Below are positions 11,149-21,738 of a DNA stretch of 64,000 nt, piece after piece; position 1 is the first letter of the stretch; each line of letters begins with the position of its first letter. This DNA comes from an uncultured delta proteobacterium (GTDB taxonomy: Bacteria; Desulfobacterota; Binatia; Binatales; Binataceae), in NCBI GenBank assembly GCA_963835905.1, contig CAWIHG010000005.1, forward strand, positions 891,629 to 955,628, given 5' to 3'. A model generated the notes under the pieces. It was not told where the DNA came from. It was given only the letters and a program-made list of their open reading frames with translations, and did not search any database. The translations under genes were made by a program, and so were the position numbers.

Positions 11149-11742
11149 CTAATACTCAGTGCCGATGATTTCGGCCGGCCCGCTCGTATACACCCGCCGC
11201 GCCGCGTGGGCCGCTTTGGCTTCCGCCTCGGCGATGATGGCCTCGGGTGTGAACTGCTCGTCAAACCGCTGGTCGCTCGCGCCGATCGGCCTATAGCCTT
11301 CGGCTGCCGCCCGCATATCATCGCGGGTGATGGTCCGGTTGGAAGTGACTATCGGGCGAAAGTCCACGGACTGGATACGCTCGTCGGCTTCGAGCATCCG
11401 GCCAACTACGCTGACCTCGAAACCATTCCACGCGGCATCGTTCATCGCCGTCGCCCACGACTCGATCTCGTCGCGCGGCGTGCGCACGTACAATGCGCCG
11501 CCCTTGCGCCGCTCGCGCATGGTCTCATCGACCACCTTGGCGGCCAGCTTGTGCGCAAGCTGATCGACGAGCTCAAATAGTGCACGCTCGATCAGGCGTT
11601 CGACTTCGGCTTCCGCAGACGAGTAGCCAGTCCGCTGCGCAATCGCGGTGCGAACGTTCTCGGGAAGACCCGACAACTTCGGCTCGACGGTCGCCTGTAG
11701 GCGCTCGCAGGCCGCGGTTTTCAGTTCTGTTATGAAATCCAT
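11149..11742 (-). CDS. Hypothetical protein, 197 aa
   Basis: Purine-rich RBS, protein-like acidic helical sequence, directly downstream of the TMP gene. Confidence 0.7.
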   Translation of the reverse strand: MDFITELKTAACERLQATVEPKLSGLPENVRTAIAQRTGYSSAEAEVERLIERALFELVDQLAHKLAAKVVDETMRERRKGGALYVRTPRDEIESWATAMNDAAWNGFEVSVVGRMLEADERIQSVDFRPIVTSNRTITRDDMRAAAEGYRPIGASDQRFDEQFTPEAIIAEAEAKAAHAARRVYTSGPAEIIGTEY

Positions 11743-11757
11743 TTTTCCCCTCGCTCT

Positions 11758-13609
11758 CTAAAATCGCGTCCGACCTCGCAGGCTGAGCACGCGCTCGACT
11801 GCCTCGGCCACGTCTTGCGCGTGCTGCTCGAGCGCTTGGCGGAAGCCATTGGAATCCAGCACGCTGCCCTGAATCACAACGCGCGCGTCGATCGTGACAT
11901 TGGGCGCTCCGCCGGCAGCCAACGCGGCGCCCGGCGCCGCCCCTATCATGCCCGTCATCGCGATCCCGGCTGCGACCGTCCGCATCGCACGGATGGCCGG
12001 CGCGGGTCGAATCGTGTTGGCGATCGTTTCCACGATCCGTACCCGATTCAGGTCGCGCAGGGGCCCGATCTTGGCGGGGCGAAAACGGAAGATGATCCCT
12101 GATCGATTTTGTGACCTTGCCGATCGCGCTAATTACCCAGTCGGCGCCCGTGCAGGATGCCGGCTGCGATAGACTTCACGATGTTGGCGCCGGCGCTCAA
12201 GCCACTTCGGTGCACCACGTCGCCAGCGCCGCAACCGACAGCCCGCGATCGCGACGCCGATGCGCCACGACAATGCCGACCACCGGCGGCGAGCGCGCCC
12301 GCGATGCGCCGAGAACGCGAACAGGGCGCCGCCGAGCGCAAGCCGCGCCGCCGACCGCGACGAGCATGCCAGCCGAGATCAGGCCGCGAACAGCGTGACG
12401 AATTTCACCAGCGCCGGGTGTGCCTGTGCGAAATTCACCGCGTACGCCACGATGCGGCCGAGGACGTTCAGCACCTTCATGCCGGCGGGAAACAGCGCAC
12501 GACCGATCACGATCTCGAGAGCCTGCACCTTGTTGGTGAAAATCTCCCACTGCTTAGCGGGCGTCTGCTCCATGATCTTCTGCGCGCCCGCGGCGGCGCC
12601 CGACACATGGTCGAGCTGCTTGCGCATACTCTCCATCTCCTCAGGATCGAGCAGCAGCGCGCGGATTCCGCGGATACCGAAAGTTTTTTGAATCTGCTGG
12701 AGAGCACCCGACCGGAATCGCCGACATGCTGCCGTACAGGCCGATGAAATGGCGCCTGATCTGCTCGAGTGAGCGCATGTAATCAAGGCCGCCCTGTGCT
12801 TGTTGTGGACAACCGCAGATCCCGAGGCTTCTGCTGACATCTGCAGGATGCCGCGCAAGGCTCTCCTCGAACGCTTCGCCCGCAAGCGATCCGGTGAGGC
12901 CGTGCCGGGTGAAATCAGCCAAGCGTAGCAACAAGATCCTTCATCCCGGAGACGCTACCCATGCCGGCGGCCAAAGCGCGGTCGGAGTGGCGAGTTCGAA
13001 GCTGACTACGCAGTTCTTCAATCGTACTTATAATCGAATTGGCGCGTCGCGTAGCCCATGACGTCGCCAAGCGCCTTGAAATTCTGCTGGGCGGACTTCG
13101 CGGGGTCGCGGAAGTTCAGATAGGCGAGGTTGAGCGTGCGCTGCGTCTCCTCCATGTCTCCGCCGAGGCCAATCGCCAGCGCGGCCGAGGTGTTCATGGA
13201 AGCAATCGAGGTCGCCATGTCAAAGCCGGCCGATTTGCCGAGGTAGAGCTGCTTCAGGACCTGCGCCTGCGAAATGGCATGCTGCATGGAGTACGTCGCG
13301 GCAGCCTTCTGGGCCATCGCGAGTTCGCGCACGCCCGCCGCACCGGCCGGCACGACGGTCGCCAGACGCCCGATCTGGGTCTGGACGTCGCTGACGCGGC
13401 CTGCATGGTTTTAATGAGGCCATAGCCGATTGCGGCGCCGGCGGCGACCATCCCGGCGCCGACCATCGCGAGATGCTGCCCGCCTCGCGCATCCCGGCCG
13501 AGGAGCGAACGCAGCGATTCAGGCCTTCGATCTTTGCCTGCACCCCGCCGATGACGCGCGAGGCATAATCGCGCGCGCGGATAAAAATGTTGAGTTCTGC
13601 CGCGGTCAT
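11758..13609 (-). pseudogene. Phage tail tape measure protein (TP901-family-like), broken by several frameshifts (pseudogene or sequencing indels); ~600 aa if repaired
   Basis: Fragments in alternating frames: N-terminal LNIFIRARDYASRVI, Ala/Gly-rich core (LGDVMGYATRQF, GLTGSLAGEAF, KTFGIRG, WEIFTNKVQALEIVIG, FAQAHPALVK), repairable LPFSPAKIGPL.DL motif and C-terminal NVTIDARVVIQG. Confidence 0.8.
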
Positions 13610-13818
13610 TCGATCACCTTACCGCGCAGGCCGGCGAGCGTGCGCTCAAGGTCGCCGATCACTTCCGCCTCGGTCGCGCGGGTGAATGCGGTGCGCTCGA
13701 TGCGACGGACCTGCGTCATCTGGTCGTGGATCACCGCGCGAGCTTTCGACAGCTCGCCGCGGACCTGCCGGCAGAGCTCGCGGACGCGGCGGGATTGAGT
13801 TTTCGTCGTGGTACTCAT
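13606..13818 (-). CDS. Small coiled-coil hypothetical protein (70 aa) translationally coupled to the TMP gene
   Basis: MSTTTKTQSRRVRELCRQVRGELSKAR...; ATGA overlap with the TMP start. Confidence 0.55.
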   Translation of the reverse strand: MSTTTKTQSRRVRELCRQVRGELSKARAVIHDQMTQVRRIERTAFTRATEAEVIGDLERTLAGLRGKVIE

Positions 13819-13880
13819 TACAACATCAGATCGAGCGATAGCATATCCAGATCGTGCTTGTTTGGCGCGATTTTGAGCCC

Positions 13881-14441
13881 TCACGCTGCAGGACTCGGCC
13901 GCCAACCGTCGCGCATCGCGAAGGCGTCGATCTCGGTTTCCTCGGCCCGCACCAGCTTGACCAGCGCCCGGGCGACCCGCAGGATGACCGCCGCGGATTC
14001 GGACATACCGACACGATGTAGCCGTAGTAGTTCGAACAGCGCGGGTGACTGCCAATACGAAGGCGAGAGACCATCAACGATGCGCGATGAATCCCAGCCT
14101 TTTCGCATATCGAGCAAGACAAAGCTCCGAATCACCGGGCCGTTGAGATCGCCGCGGACGGCCGCCTCGATCATCTGCAGGCGGTCGTGATCGAACCGCT
14201 CGTCGAGGTCGCAGCACTCGCACAAGTCGCCGCCGGCGGACATCGCCATTACCCAGTAGCCAGTCGCGCGATGCCCGTTGTCGTTGCAGACCAGCGGCAG
14301 CCGGCATCCACGACACTTCGGCCACCACGGCTCGCGCAAGATATTCGCGCCGCTTAGGGTCCGGTCCTCGTCGGCCAGCCTTGAGACCTTGCCGAATCGT
14401 CGCTCATGCTCGACCAGCCGATCGAAAACCACGCGCGGCAT
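13881..14441 (-). CDS. Hypothetical protein with possible Zn-binding Cys pairs
   Basis: CRGC...CECC; TAATG overlap with the upstream ORF. Confidence 0.55.
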   Translation of the reverse strand: MPRVVFDRLVEHERRFGKVSRLADEDRTLSGANILREPWWPKCRGCRLPLVCNDNGHRATGYWVMAMSAGGDLCECCDLDERFDHDRLQMIEAAVRGDLNGPVIRSFVLLDMRKGWDSSRIVDGLSPSYWQSPALFELLRLHRVGMSESAAVILRVARALVKLVRAEETEIDAFAMRDGWRPSPAA

Positions 14442-14617
14442 TAAGCAAATGTCCCAGCGGTCGCTCGGCGTCCGCACGCCGAGAAGCTCGGGAAGCTTGT
14501 AGCCCTCGGCCTCGCGGCCTTGGCCGAACGTGCGTTGCCGCGATTGATCTCGTTGAGCTCCGCCCGAAGATCGTTCCGGTAAGCACGCTCCAAAGTGTGT
14601 ATAATTTGATCGCTCAT
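14441..14617 (-). CDS. Small hypothetical protein
   Basis: GGGAG RBS before ATG (MSDQIIHTLERAYRNDLRAEL...); coupled to the downstream ORF. Confidence 0.4.
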   Translation of the reverse strand: MSDQIIHTLERAYRNDLRAELNEINRGNARSAKAARPRATSFPSFSACGRRATAGTFA

Positions 14618-14669
14618 CTCCCTTTCCCCGCGCGCCCGACGATTGCCCCCGCCGGGCGCGGTCATTTCA

Positions 14670-15098
14670 TCAGCCTTTGGTTTCGCGGCCGTCGCGCCCG
14701 ATCAGGACGAACTTGCCGTTCGCGTACCGGAGCCCGCAGGACATGGCGAAGCACGGGTGCAGCGTCGCGCCCGGTCCAGCGGCCACAAGAGCCTTGCGCA
14801 GACGCGCGATAGCGTCCTCGGGCCACGCGAAGAATGCGGGCTTGGGCGCCACGAAAGCCCTCAGCTTGTCGATTTCGACGTCAGGATTCGATGCGGCCGG
14901 TGCGTCGTTTTGAACCTCTGTCGCGGCACGTATCAGGTACGCTTGCCGCGCGCCGAACTCGTCGTCGGATAGCTCGAAGACTCGCTGCTGGTCAGCGTCT
15001 GGAAATTCCATGCCCGCCGACGCATAGAGCTGCGCCATCGCGTTAACGAAGCGGACCCGCGGACGCGGTCGGGATTTCGTCGTCTCGATTTCTTCCAT
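14670..15098 (-). CDS. Hypothetical protein, first gene of the element's minus-strand cluster
   Basis: GAGGGG RBS before ATG 15098; protein-like composition. Confidence 0.6.
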   Translation of the reverse strand: MEEIETTKSRPRPRVRFVNAMAQLYASAGMEFPDADQQRVFELSDDEFGARQAYLIRAATEVQNDAPAASNPDVEIDKLRAFVAPKPAFFAWPEDAIARLRKALVAAGPGATLHPCFAMSCGLRYANGKFVLIGRDGRETKG

Positions 15099-15495
15099 CG
15101 TATTCCCCTCGCACGCTGAAACTGGTCGCGTTGTGTCCATACGCGCGCAAGAGAACCGTTTACGGGCGTGCCGTCAAGTCACGGCTCTTTGCGATTGCGA
15201 TTTCGCCTTACTGCGCGTGTAGGTTCGTGAATTGTGACAAACCGAAACGGTTCGGGCGCAATTCCGACGTTTTTCAGCTTTTGCGTGTTGAGAGGTCGAA
15301 AGCTGATGAATCTCAGCGCCACTATTGCAGTTCAGCGGGACCGCTGAGCCCAATGCGACGACATGGGCACTACATGGGCGGAAGCATCGGGCGACACGTC
15401 GGAAATAGTGTCGCCGCGATGCTCTGCGTGAAGCGAAAAACTCAATAATCGTCTGGGTAAAGTACAATGGCGCCCGATAGTCTCGGGCACCCGAT

Positions 15496-15548
15496 AAGAC
15501 TGAAAATCTTCGTGTCGAGTGTTCGATTCACTCCCTGCCCACCAGATT
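15496..15548 (+). repeat. attR: 53-bp duplicate of the tRNA-Phe 3' part
   Basis: Identical to 2109-2161; lacks the tRNA 5' half. Confidence 0.96.
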
Positions 15549-15750
15549 AACCCCGACTGAACATCACGCCAGGGCCGTCGCGACGCGGCTCGGCTGGCCC
15601 ATTGCGGCAACTTGATTGCGCCGCCTGATCCGCGCGACGGCGATCGGCCGGCCTGGTCCGCCAGGTCCCGCGCAAAATTGAGCCACTCTGCGAGCTTTGA
15701 TGCGCGAACTTTTTGCTGCTAGTGCTGCTTGGACCGCGAGGAGGTGAACA

Positions 15751-16530
15751 ATGATCCGTCTGGTTTTTGTGCTCCGCCGCAAACCGTCGATGTCGCGCGA
15801 CGAGTTCCAGAAGTACTGGTTTGAAATGCACGGACCGCTCGTCGCCCGGCACGCCACGACTTTGAACATTCTCCGCTACGTGCAGGATCACACCCTGGAC
15901 GATCCGATGAACGAGCAGATGGCGCAGGCACGCGGCGGAATGGAACCGGCCTACGACGGTGTCGCCGAGCTGTGGTGGACGAACCGCGAAGCATTGAGCG
16001 CGAGTTTCGCAGCCGCGGCGGGACAGGCTGCCGCCCGAGAGCTGGTGGAAGATGAAGCAAAGTTCATCGACCTTCCGAATTCACCGCTGTGGCTTGCGTA
16101 CGAGTATCCGCAAATCAATCCCTCCGAGGATATGGTCGCGCGTCCGAGCAGCGGTCTTGTGAAGATTTTCTTTCCGCTACGCCATCCCTCCAACCAGACC
16201 CTCGAGCAGGCGCAGCTTTACTGGCGAACCAATCACGGGCCGATTATCCGCGGGCTCGCGGGCGGCTCCCGCCTGAAGAAATACTTCCAGGTTCATCGAT
16301 TCGAGGATCCGATCGAGCAGCAACTTCGTGATGCCCGCGGAACCAAGGTTCCGCCTTACACCGGTCATGCGGAAGCGTGGATCGATCGCGCGGAATCGGC
16401 GGCGGCCGCGGGAACGCCGGAGGCCAGGCGCGCCGGACAGCTCGCGGTCGAGGATGAGGCGAATTTTATCGATTTCAAAAATTCCTCGATGTGGGTCGCG
16501 AAGGAGCGCGTCGTCATCGACCGCCGCTGA
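15751..16530 (+). CDS. EthD-domain protein (two tandem EthD-like domains)
   Basis: LRRKPSMSRDEFQKYW...HGPLV, YDGVAELWW, EDEAKFID; second copy YW..NHGP...EDEANFID; GGAGG RBS. Confidence 0.85.
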   Translation: MIRLVFVLRRKPSMSRDEFQKYWFEMHGPLVARHATTLNILRYVQDHTLDDPMNEQMAQARGGMEPAYDGVAELWWTNREALSASFAAAAGQAAARELVEDEAKFIDLPNSPLWLAYEYPQINPSEDMVARPSSGLVKIFFPLRHPSNQTLEQAQLYWRTNHGPIIRGLAGGSRLKKYFQVHRFEDPIEQQLRDARGTKVPPYTGHAEAWIDRAESAAAAGTPEARRAGQLAVEDEANFIDFKNSSMWVAKERVVIDRR

Positions 16531-16729
16531 TCGGACCAACGCGATCCTATTCGGCCGCGAGCCGGAACGATCGGTGACTTCCAGAGCGATCGCGCGATTC
16601 ACCAAAAAAAGTGCCCGCTCGCGGGCGCATCGCGAGCGGGCCGTGCACGACACGCGCGCACGCCGGACCGCCAGCGCAGCGCCCGAATCGGGCTGACCCC
16701 GCCGCGGCCGATCTCAATTACTCAACCGT

Positions 16730-17692
16730 TCACTTGATCAGGAATGGAGCGCCATGGGCGCCCCAATCCGTCGCCTGCGAATTGGGCAGGCTGTCGGGCA
16801 CCACCTGCTGGATAAAGTGCGCCTGGATCGTTCCTCCGCTCACGCTATCGAGCCAAAGCATCGCGAAGCCATGCACCATTACGGCGCTGCGTCCCTGCGC
16901 GGTGCTCCAATCAACCATCGGCAGCACGACGGCGCGGGGATCGCCGGGATCGTGATTCGAAAACGAGCCGTTTGGAAACTCGCTCTGTCCAGCGCTCATT
17001 CGGTCGGCGAGGCCCTGGTCCACGGGTCCCACCTTTTTGCCCGGCTCCGTTGCAATCCAGTCGTTGACCGCTATCGGACCCGAGTACCCATCGGCGAGAT
17101 TGCCACGCTCATTGGAGCCGCCCACGCCGCCCAACGCGAGCGAGCCCCAATCCCCCGGACCGACCTGTCCCTGGTTGAGCGTCACCGCATTGTTGTATTG
17201 ATAGGGCGTTGTGTAATCGAGACCGATCGGAATCAGCGGATACTCACCGATCGAAGTCCCATAGCTGCCCGAGCTCAGGCCGCTCACGCCTCCGACCTTG
17301 CTGATTGACTGCGGAGCCGAAGCCGTCGCCGAGACCTGGACGAGTTGGTGAGTCAGGCCGAGGACGCGCCCGAAATAATACGGCACCGTCCGCGACGCAG
17401 TCACCGTGATCTCCTGGTCGTCAGGAGACACGGTCGGCGTGCCGACCTCCGAGCCGGTCAACTGATTCCGGGCCGCGTAGGATTGCGCGGTTGCTATCGC
17501 CCCCGCCGGATCGACGGGCAGCAAATTGGCTCCCGCCAGCGCCGCCGCGTCGGCAGCCTTCTGCATCGACTCCCAGTTCGTGTACATCACCAGGACGTCG
17601 GTGCACAAAGCGATTCCGCCGACCAGCGTAACGATTGCGAGCGTGAACAGCACCGCGGTCTGCCCCCGCGGCCGTCGCTTGAAGTAGTTCAT
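16730..17692 (-). CDS. TadG/TadE-like pilus assembly (pseudopilin) protein
   Basis: RGQTAVLFTL prepilin-like N-terminus, MQKAADAAALAGA motif, V...VPYYFGRVLG. Confidence 0.8.
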   Translation of the reverse strand: MNYFKRRPRGQTAVLFTLAIVTLVGGIALCTDVLVMYTNWESMQKAADAAALAGANLLPVDPAGAIATAQSYAARNQLTGSEVGTPTVSPDDQEITVTASRTVPYYFGRVLGLTHQLVQVSATASAPQSISKVGGVSGLSSGSYGTSIGEYPLIPIGLDYTTPYQYNNAVTLNQGQVGPGDWGSLALGGVGGSNERGNLADGYSGPIAVNDWIATEPGKKVGPVDQGLADRMSAGQSEFPNGSFSNHDPGDPRAVVLPMVDWSTAQGRSAVMVHGFAMLWLDSVSGGTIQAHFIQQVVPDSLPNSQATDWGAHGAPFLIK

Positions 17693-18052
17693 CTGGCCCT
17701 CCGTCATCACCGCCGATATTTCGACCCGCACGGATCATGCTGCGGTGATCCCCACGCGTCGAAAGCGCGAGCGCAACGGAGCGCCTGTACTCGTCTCGGG
17801 TCCAGAGTCGCAACCTACGTGCCATCGATGAAGCGGCGCGGAATGGCAGGACTTGCGCGCGATTATTGGAAGGTGCGGTTTCGTGCGATAAGCGGTCTTA
17901 GCATTATTGCTACATTTTGTAGCATTCGCGCGATCCCGTCCCGCACCGCACCGCGCGGCTCGCGTTTATTAACTCTCTCGCCCGGCATGCTACTCTCGCC
18001 GATGCGCGCGCCCGCGGCCGTCCAATCGCGGCGCGGGGCGCGGCTACCTCGG

Positions 18053-19204
18053 ATGCGAAGCGAAGCACACAAAGCGCCTTCGGGCGCCGTCACCTTCGAC
18101 CGAACCCACGGCGCCACGCTGGTCGTTCGCCTGTCTGGGGTCTGGCAGGCGCGTCACGGGATGCCGACCATCGAGACCTTCGCCCGCGAGATAGACGCTG
18201 CGCCCGCGCTCCGGCAGGTCGCGTTCGACACCTCGGATCTGGGCCGATGGGACAGCAGCCTGGTCGCACTGGTTGCGGCGGCGACCGAGGCCTGCCGCGC
18301 GCATGGAATCGAGACGGACCTAGCGAGGTTGCCCGCGGGTTTGCGCCGCCTGGTCGAGCTTGCGGAGGCGGTACCCGAAAAGGAGGGCGCGCGTGCGCGC
18401 CCGGGCCGCCTGCCGTTCCTGGATCGGCTCGGGCTTGGCACCTACCAGCTGGTTGACGAAACTTCGGACTTCCTTGCCTTCCTGGGCGCGGTCGCGGTTG
18501 CGTTGATGCGTTTCGTGACGGGCCGTGCGCGCTACCGCCGGATCGACCTGATGACCGCGATTCAGGATTGCGGCGCCAGCGCCTTCGGCATCGTCACGCT
18601 GATCAGCTTCCTGGTGGGTGTGATCCTCGCCTTCATGGGCGCGATCCAGCTTCAGCAGTTCGGCGCCTCGATCTACGTCGCCGACCTGGTCGGGATCGGC
18701 ATGGTCCGCGACATGGGCGCGATGATGACGGCGATAATCATGGCCGGGCGCACCGGAGCCTCGTTCGCCGCCCAGCTCGGGACTATGAAGGTGACCCAGG
18801 AAATCGACGCGCTTACCACGATGGGATTGTCGCCGATCGAGTTCCTGGTGGTGCCGCGCGTGGTCGCGCTGGTTCTGATGATGCCGCTGTTATGCCTGTA
18901 CTCGGACCTGATGGGGATCATGGGCGGGGCGGCGGTGAGCGCCGGGATGCTCGGGGTTTCGTTCGCCGCCTACTATCGAGAGACGATCCACGCGATTACC
19001 ATCGGCGGAATCTGGGGAGGGGTCGTCAAGAGCGTCGCCTACGGGGTGATTATCGCGATCTCGGGATGCCTGCGCGGGTTCGAGTGCGGTAACAGCTCCT
19101 CGGCGGTGGGCGACGCCGCAACCTCCGCGGTGGTAACGGGTATAGTCTATGTTGTGCTGGCGTGCGGGATTTTCGCCGTCGTGTACCATATTCTGGGAAT
19201 CTGA
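18053..19204 (+). CDS. mlaE: MlaE-family ABC permease with N-terminal STAS-like domain
   Basis: RDMGAMMTAIIMAGRTGASFAAQLGTMKVTQEIDAL, VGDAATSAVV; start at ATG 18053 inferred. Confidence 0.9.
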   Translation: MRSEAHKAPSGAVTFDRTHGATLVVRLSGVWQARHGMPTIETFAREIDAAPALRQVAFDTSDLGRWDSSLVALVAAATEACRAHGIETDLARLPAGLRRLVELAEAVPEKEGARARPGRLPFLDRLGLGTYQLVDETSDFLAFLGAVAVALMRFVTGRARYRRIDLMTAIQDCGASAFGIVTLISFLVGVILAFMGAIQLQQFGASIYVADLVGIGMVRDMGAMMTAIIMAGRTGASFAAQLGTMKVTQEIDALTTMGLSPIEFLVVPRVVALVLMMPLLCLYSDLMGIMGGAAVSAGMLGVSFAAYYRETIHAITIGGIWGGVVKSVAYGVIIAISGCLRGFECGNSSSAVGDAATSAVVTGIVYVVLACGIFAVVYHILGI

Positions 19205-19232
19205 CGAGGACTCAGCGAAAGGGATCGATCAC

Positions 19233-20039
19233 TTGGACCACGCACAAACCTCGGGATTACCAGTCGCCGAACCGGCCCGGCGCGAGCCCCATATAATCGT
19301 CCGCGACCTGACGATGGCGTTCGGCAGCTTCGTCGTGATGCGCGGCCTCAATTTCACCGTGCGCCGCGGCGACGTGTTTATAATCATGGGCGGCAGCGGA
19401 TGCGGAAAAAGCACGCTGCTGCGCCATATGCTGGGGCTTATCGAGCCGGCCCACGGCGAAATCTGGTACGGCGACTTCAACTTCACCCGAGCCGACCCGG
19501 AGCATCGCGAGCAGATGCTGCGGCGGTTCGGCGTGCTCTACCAGAGCGGGGCGCTGTGGAGTTCGATGACGCTGGCGGAAAATATCGGACTGCCACTGGC
19601 CGAATTCACCGACCTCAAACCGCGTGAGATCCGTGAAATCGCCGCACTCAAGCTCGCGCTGGTGGGACTCAAGGGCTTCGAGGATTACTACCCCAGCCAG
19701 ATCAGCGGCGGCATGCAGAAGCGCGCCGGGCTGGCGCGCGCGATGGCGCTTGACCCGGAGATCCTGTTCTTCGACGAGCCATCCGCCGGACTCGATCCGA
19801 TCAGCTCACGTCTGCTCGACGATTTGATCCTCGAGTTGCGGGCGAGCCTCGGCGCGACCATCGTGGTCGTCACCCATGAACTCGCCAGCATCTTCACGAT
19901 CGGCGACAACAGCATCTTCCTCGACGCCGCCACCCGCAGCGCGACGGCCGGCGGCGATCCGAAGGTCCTGCGCGACACCTCGACCGACCCCGGGGTGCAT
20001 CGGTTCCTGACCCGCGGGGCCGACGAGGCTGAACGGTGA
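19233..20039 (+). CDS. mlaF: MlaF-family ABC ATPase
   Basis: Walker A GGSGCGKS, ISGGMQKR signature, FFDEPSAGLDP, VTHEL; start uncertain. Confidence 0.9.
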   Translation: MDHAQTSGLPVAEPARREPHIIVRDLTMAFGSFVVMRGLNFTVRRGDVFIIMGGSGCGKSTLLRHMLGLIEPAHGEIWYGDFNFTRADPEHREQMLRRFGVLYQSGALWSSMTLAENIGLPLAEFTDLKPREIREIAALKLALVGLKGFEDYYPSQISGGMQKRAGLARAMALDPEILFFDEPSAGLDPISSRLLDDLILELRASLGATIVVVTHELASIFTIGDNSIFLDAATRSATAGGDPKVLRDTSTDPGVHRFLTRGADEAER

Positions 20040-20045
20040 AGCGCG

Positions 20046-21017
20046 ATGGGTAAGCGAGTGCGGCCGGCGGTGGTGGGGGCGTTCGTGCTGGGCGGGCTGG
20101 TGCTCGCCGTGTTGACGATCGTGGTGCTGGGATCGGGGCGCCTTTTTCAGCAGAAGACCCAGTTCGTGCTCTATTTCTCCAGCGACGTGAACGGACTGCG
20201 CGTGGGAGCGCCGGTCAAGTTCCGCGGCGTCGAGATCGGCGCCGTCACCCGCATCATGCTCAACCTGGGCGGCTCGCTTCAGTCGGCGCGCGAAAATCCC
20301 GCCGATATTCGCGTCCCGGTCGTAATCGAGATCAATCAGCATCAGATCATCAGCCACGGCGTCGAGGCCCATCTTGACGATCCCGCCGAGGTCCACCGGC
20401 TGATCGACGAAGGCCTGCGCGGTCAGCTTGCCGTCGAGAGCATCCTGACCGGCCTGCTTTACGTTGACCTCGAGATGTACCCGAGCACCCCGGCCCACTA
20501 TTACCTGGGCCGTAACGCTCCCTACACCGAAATTCCGACCGTTCCGACCACGCTCGAGCAGGCCCAGATGACGGCGCTCAAGATCATGGCGCAGCTCGAG
20601 AAGATCGATTTTGGCGCGCTCATCAAGTCGCTGACCGAGACTGCACAAGGGCTGCACGATCTGGTCACCGCGCCGAAGCTCAAGCAGTCGATCTCTTCCC
20701 TCAATGACGCCGCCGTCAATTTGAGCGCGGCGTCGCTCAGCATCCGCAAAGTCGCCGACGGTCTTGACCAGAAGATTGGTCCGATGAGCGATGATCTGCG
20801 TACGACCACCGAGCAGGCGCGCGCCGCGCTCAAGCAGACCCAGGATACCCTCGCCGCCATCCAGGCAACCTTCGCGCCCGGCTCGCCCATCGATTACCAG
20901 CTTCAGCAGGCGCTCACCGAGACCTCGCGGGCGGCGCGCTCAGTGCGGCAGCTCTCAGACTATTTGCAGCGCAATCCGAGCGCGGTGCTGAGAGGCCGCG
21001 CGACCTCGGGTGAATGA
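20046..21017 (+). CDS. MlaD/MCE-domain protein (PqiB-like)
   Basis: N-terminal TM segment, VNGLRVGAPVKFRGVEIG MCE motif, C-terminal YLQRNPSAVLRG. Confidence 0.9.
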   Translation: MGKRVRPAVVGAFVLGGLVLAVLTIVVLGSGRLFQQKTQFVLYFSSDVNGLRVGAPVKFRGVEIGAVTRIMLNLGGSLQSARENPADIRVPVVIEINQHQIISHGVEAHLDDPAEVHRLIDEGLRGQLAVESILTGLLYVDLEMYPSTPAHYYLGRNAPYTEIPTVPTTLEQAQMTALKIMAQLEKIDFGALIKSLTETAQGLHDLVTAPKLKQSISSLNDAAVNLSAASLSIRKVADGLDQKIGPMSDDLRTTTEQARAALKQTQDTLAAIQATFAPGSPIDYQLQQALTETSRAARSVRQLSDYLQRNPSAVLRGRATSGE

Positions 21018-21658
21018 TGACCAGACGGCGCACCTCCATATCCATGCTTTTCCTCTGCCTTGCGGCCGCGATGCTCACGGCGGGATGCCTGTTCTCGCCG
21101 CAGCCGGATCCGTCGAAATTCTTCGTGCTCGCGCCGGACGTCTCGCAGGGCGCGGCGGTCACGCCCGCCACGGCCGGCGCTCCGCATCAGCTCGTCATCG
21201 GACTCGGCCCGATCAAGCTGCCCGAGTATCTCGACCGCTCCGAGGTGGTCACCCGGGTCGCGCCCAACCGGCTCGAACTCTCGCCCGTGGACCGGTGGGC
21301 CGAACCGCTCTCGACAGATTTTCGCCAGGTGATGGCGCAGGACCTGTCGGCGCGGCTCGGCACCCAGATGATCACGTTCTATCCCTGGTACCGCACCACT
21401 CATGTGGACTACCAGGTGGAAATCGACGTGTATCGCTTCGAGCGCGACTCACAGGGCACCGCGACACTGGTAGCGCACTGGCAGCTTTTCGACGGGACCG
21501 GTGCGATCCTTTACGCCACCGATTCAACGATCAGCGAAACCGGCCAGTCCGGAGAGCCGGGCGCCGCCGCGCTCAGCCGGGCGCTGGGTTCGCTTGCCGG
21601 ACAGATTACTTCGGCAATTCAGTCGATGCGCTCGGCTGCGCCGGTGCATCACGCCTGA
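21014..21658 (+). CDS. PqiC-family ABC auxiliary lipoprotein
   Basis: Lipobox LTAGC, GPIKLPEYLDR, RWAEPL. Confidence 0.88.
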   Translation: MMTRRRTSISMLFLCLAAAMLTAGCLFSPQPDPSKFFVLAPDVSQGAAVTPATAGAPHQLVIGLGPIKLPEYLDRSEVVTRVAPNRLELSPVDRWAEPLSTDFRQVMAQDLSARLGTQMITFYPWYRTTHVDYQVEIDVYRFERDSQGTATLVAHWQLFDGTGAILYATDSTISETGQSGEPGAAALSRALGSLAGQITSAIQSMRSAAPVHHA

Positions 21659-21738
21659 CCCGGCGCGCCGCTGATTGCGCCGCCCCAGGTTGATTTGGCC
21701 TCGACCGCGCGCGGCGGCGCGGGCCATAATCCGCCACG

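Noticed and set aside
15496..15548. Second tRNA-Phe gene
   Set aside because: Only the 3' part is present (no 5' acceptor strand or D-arm); it is attR.
17345..18052. Long N-terminal extension of MlaE
   Set aside because: It overlaps the antisense TadG-like gene and intergenic DNA; a GC-rich open-frame artefact.
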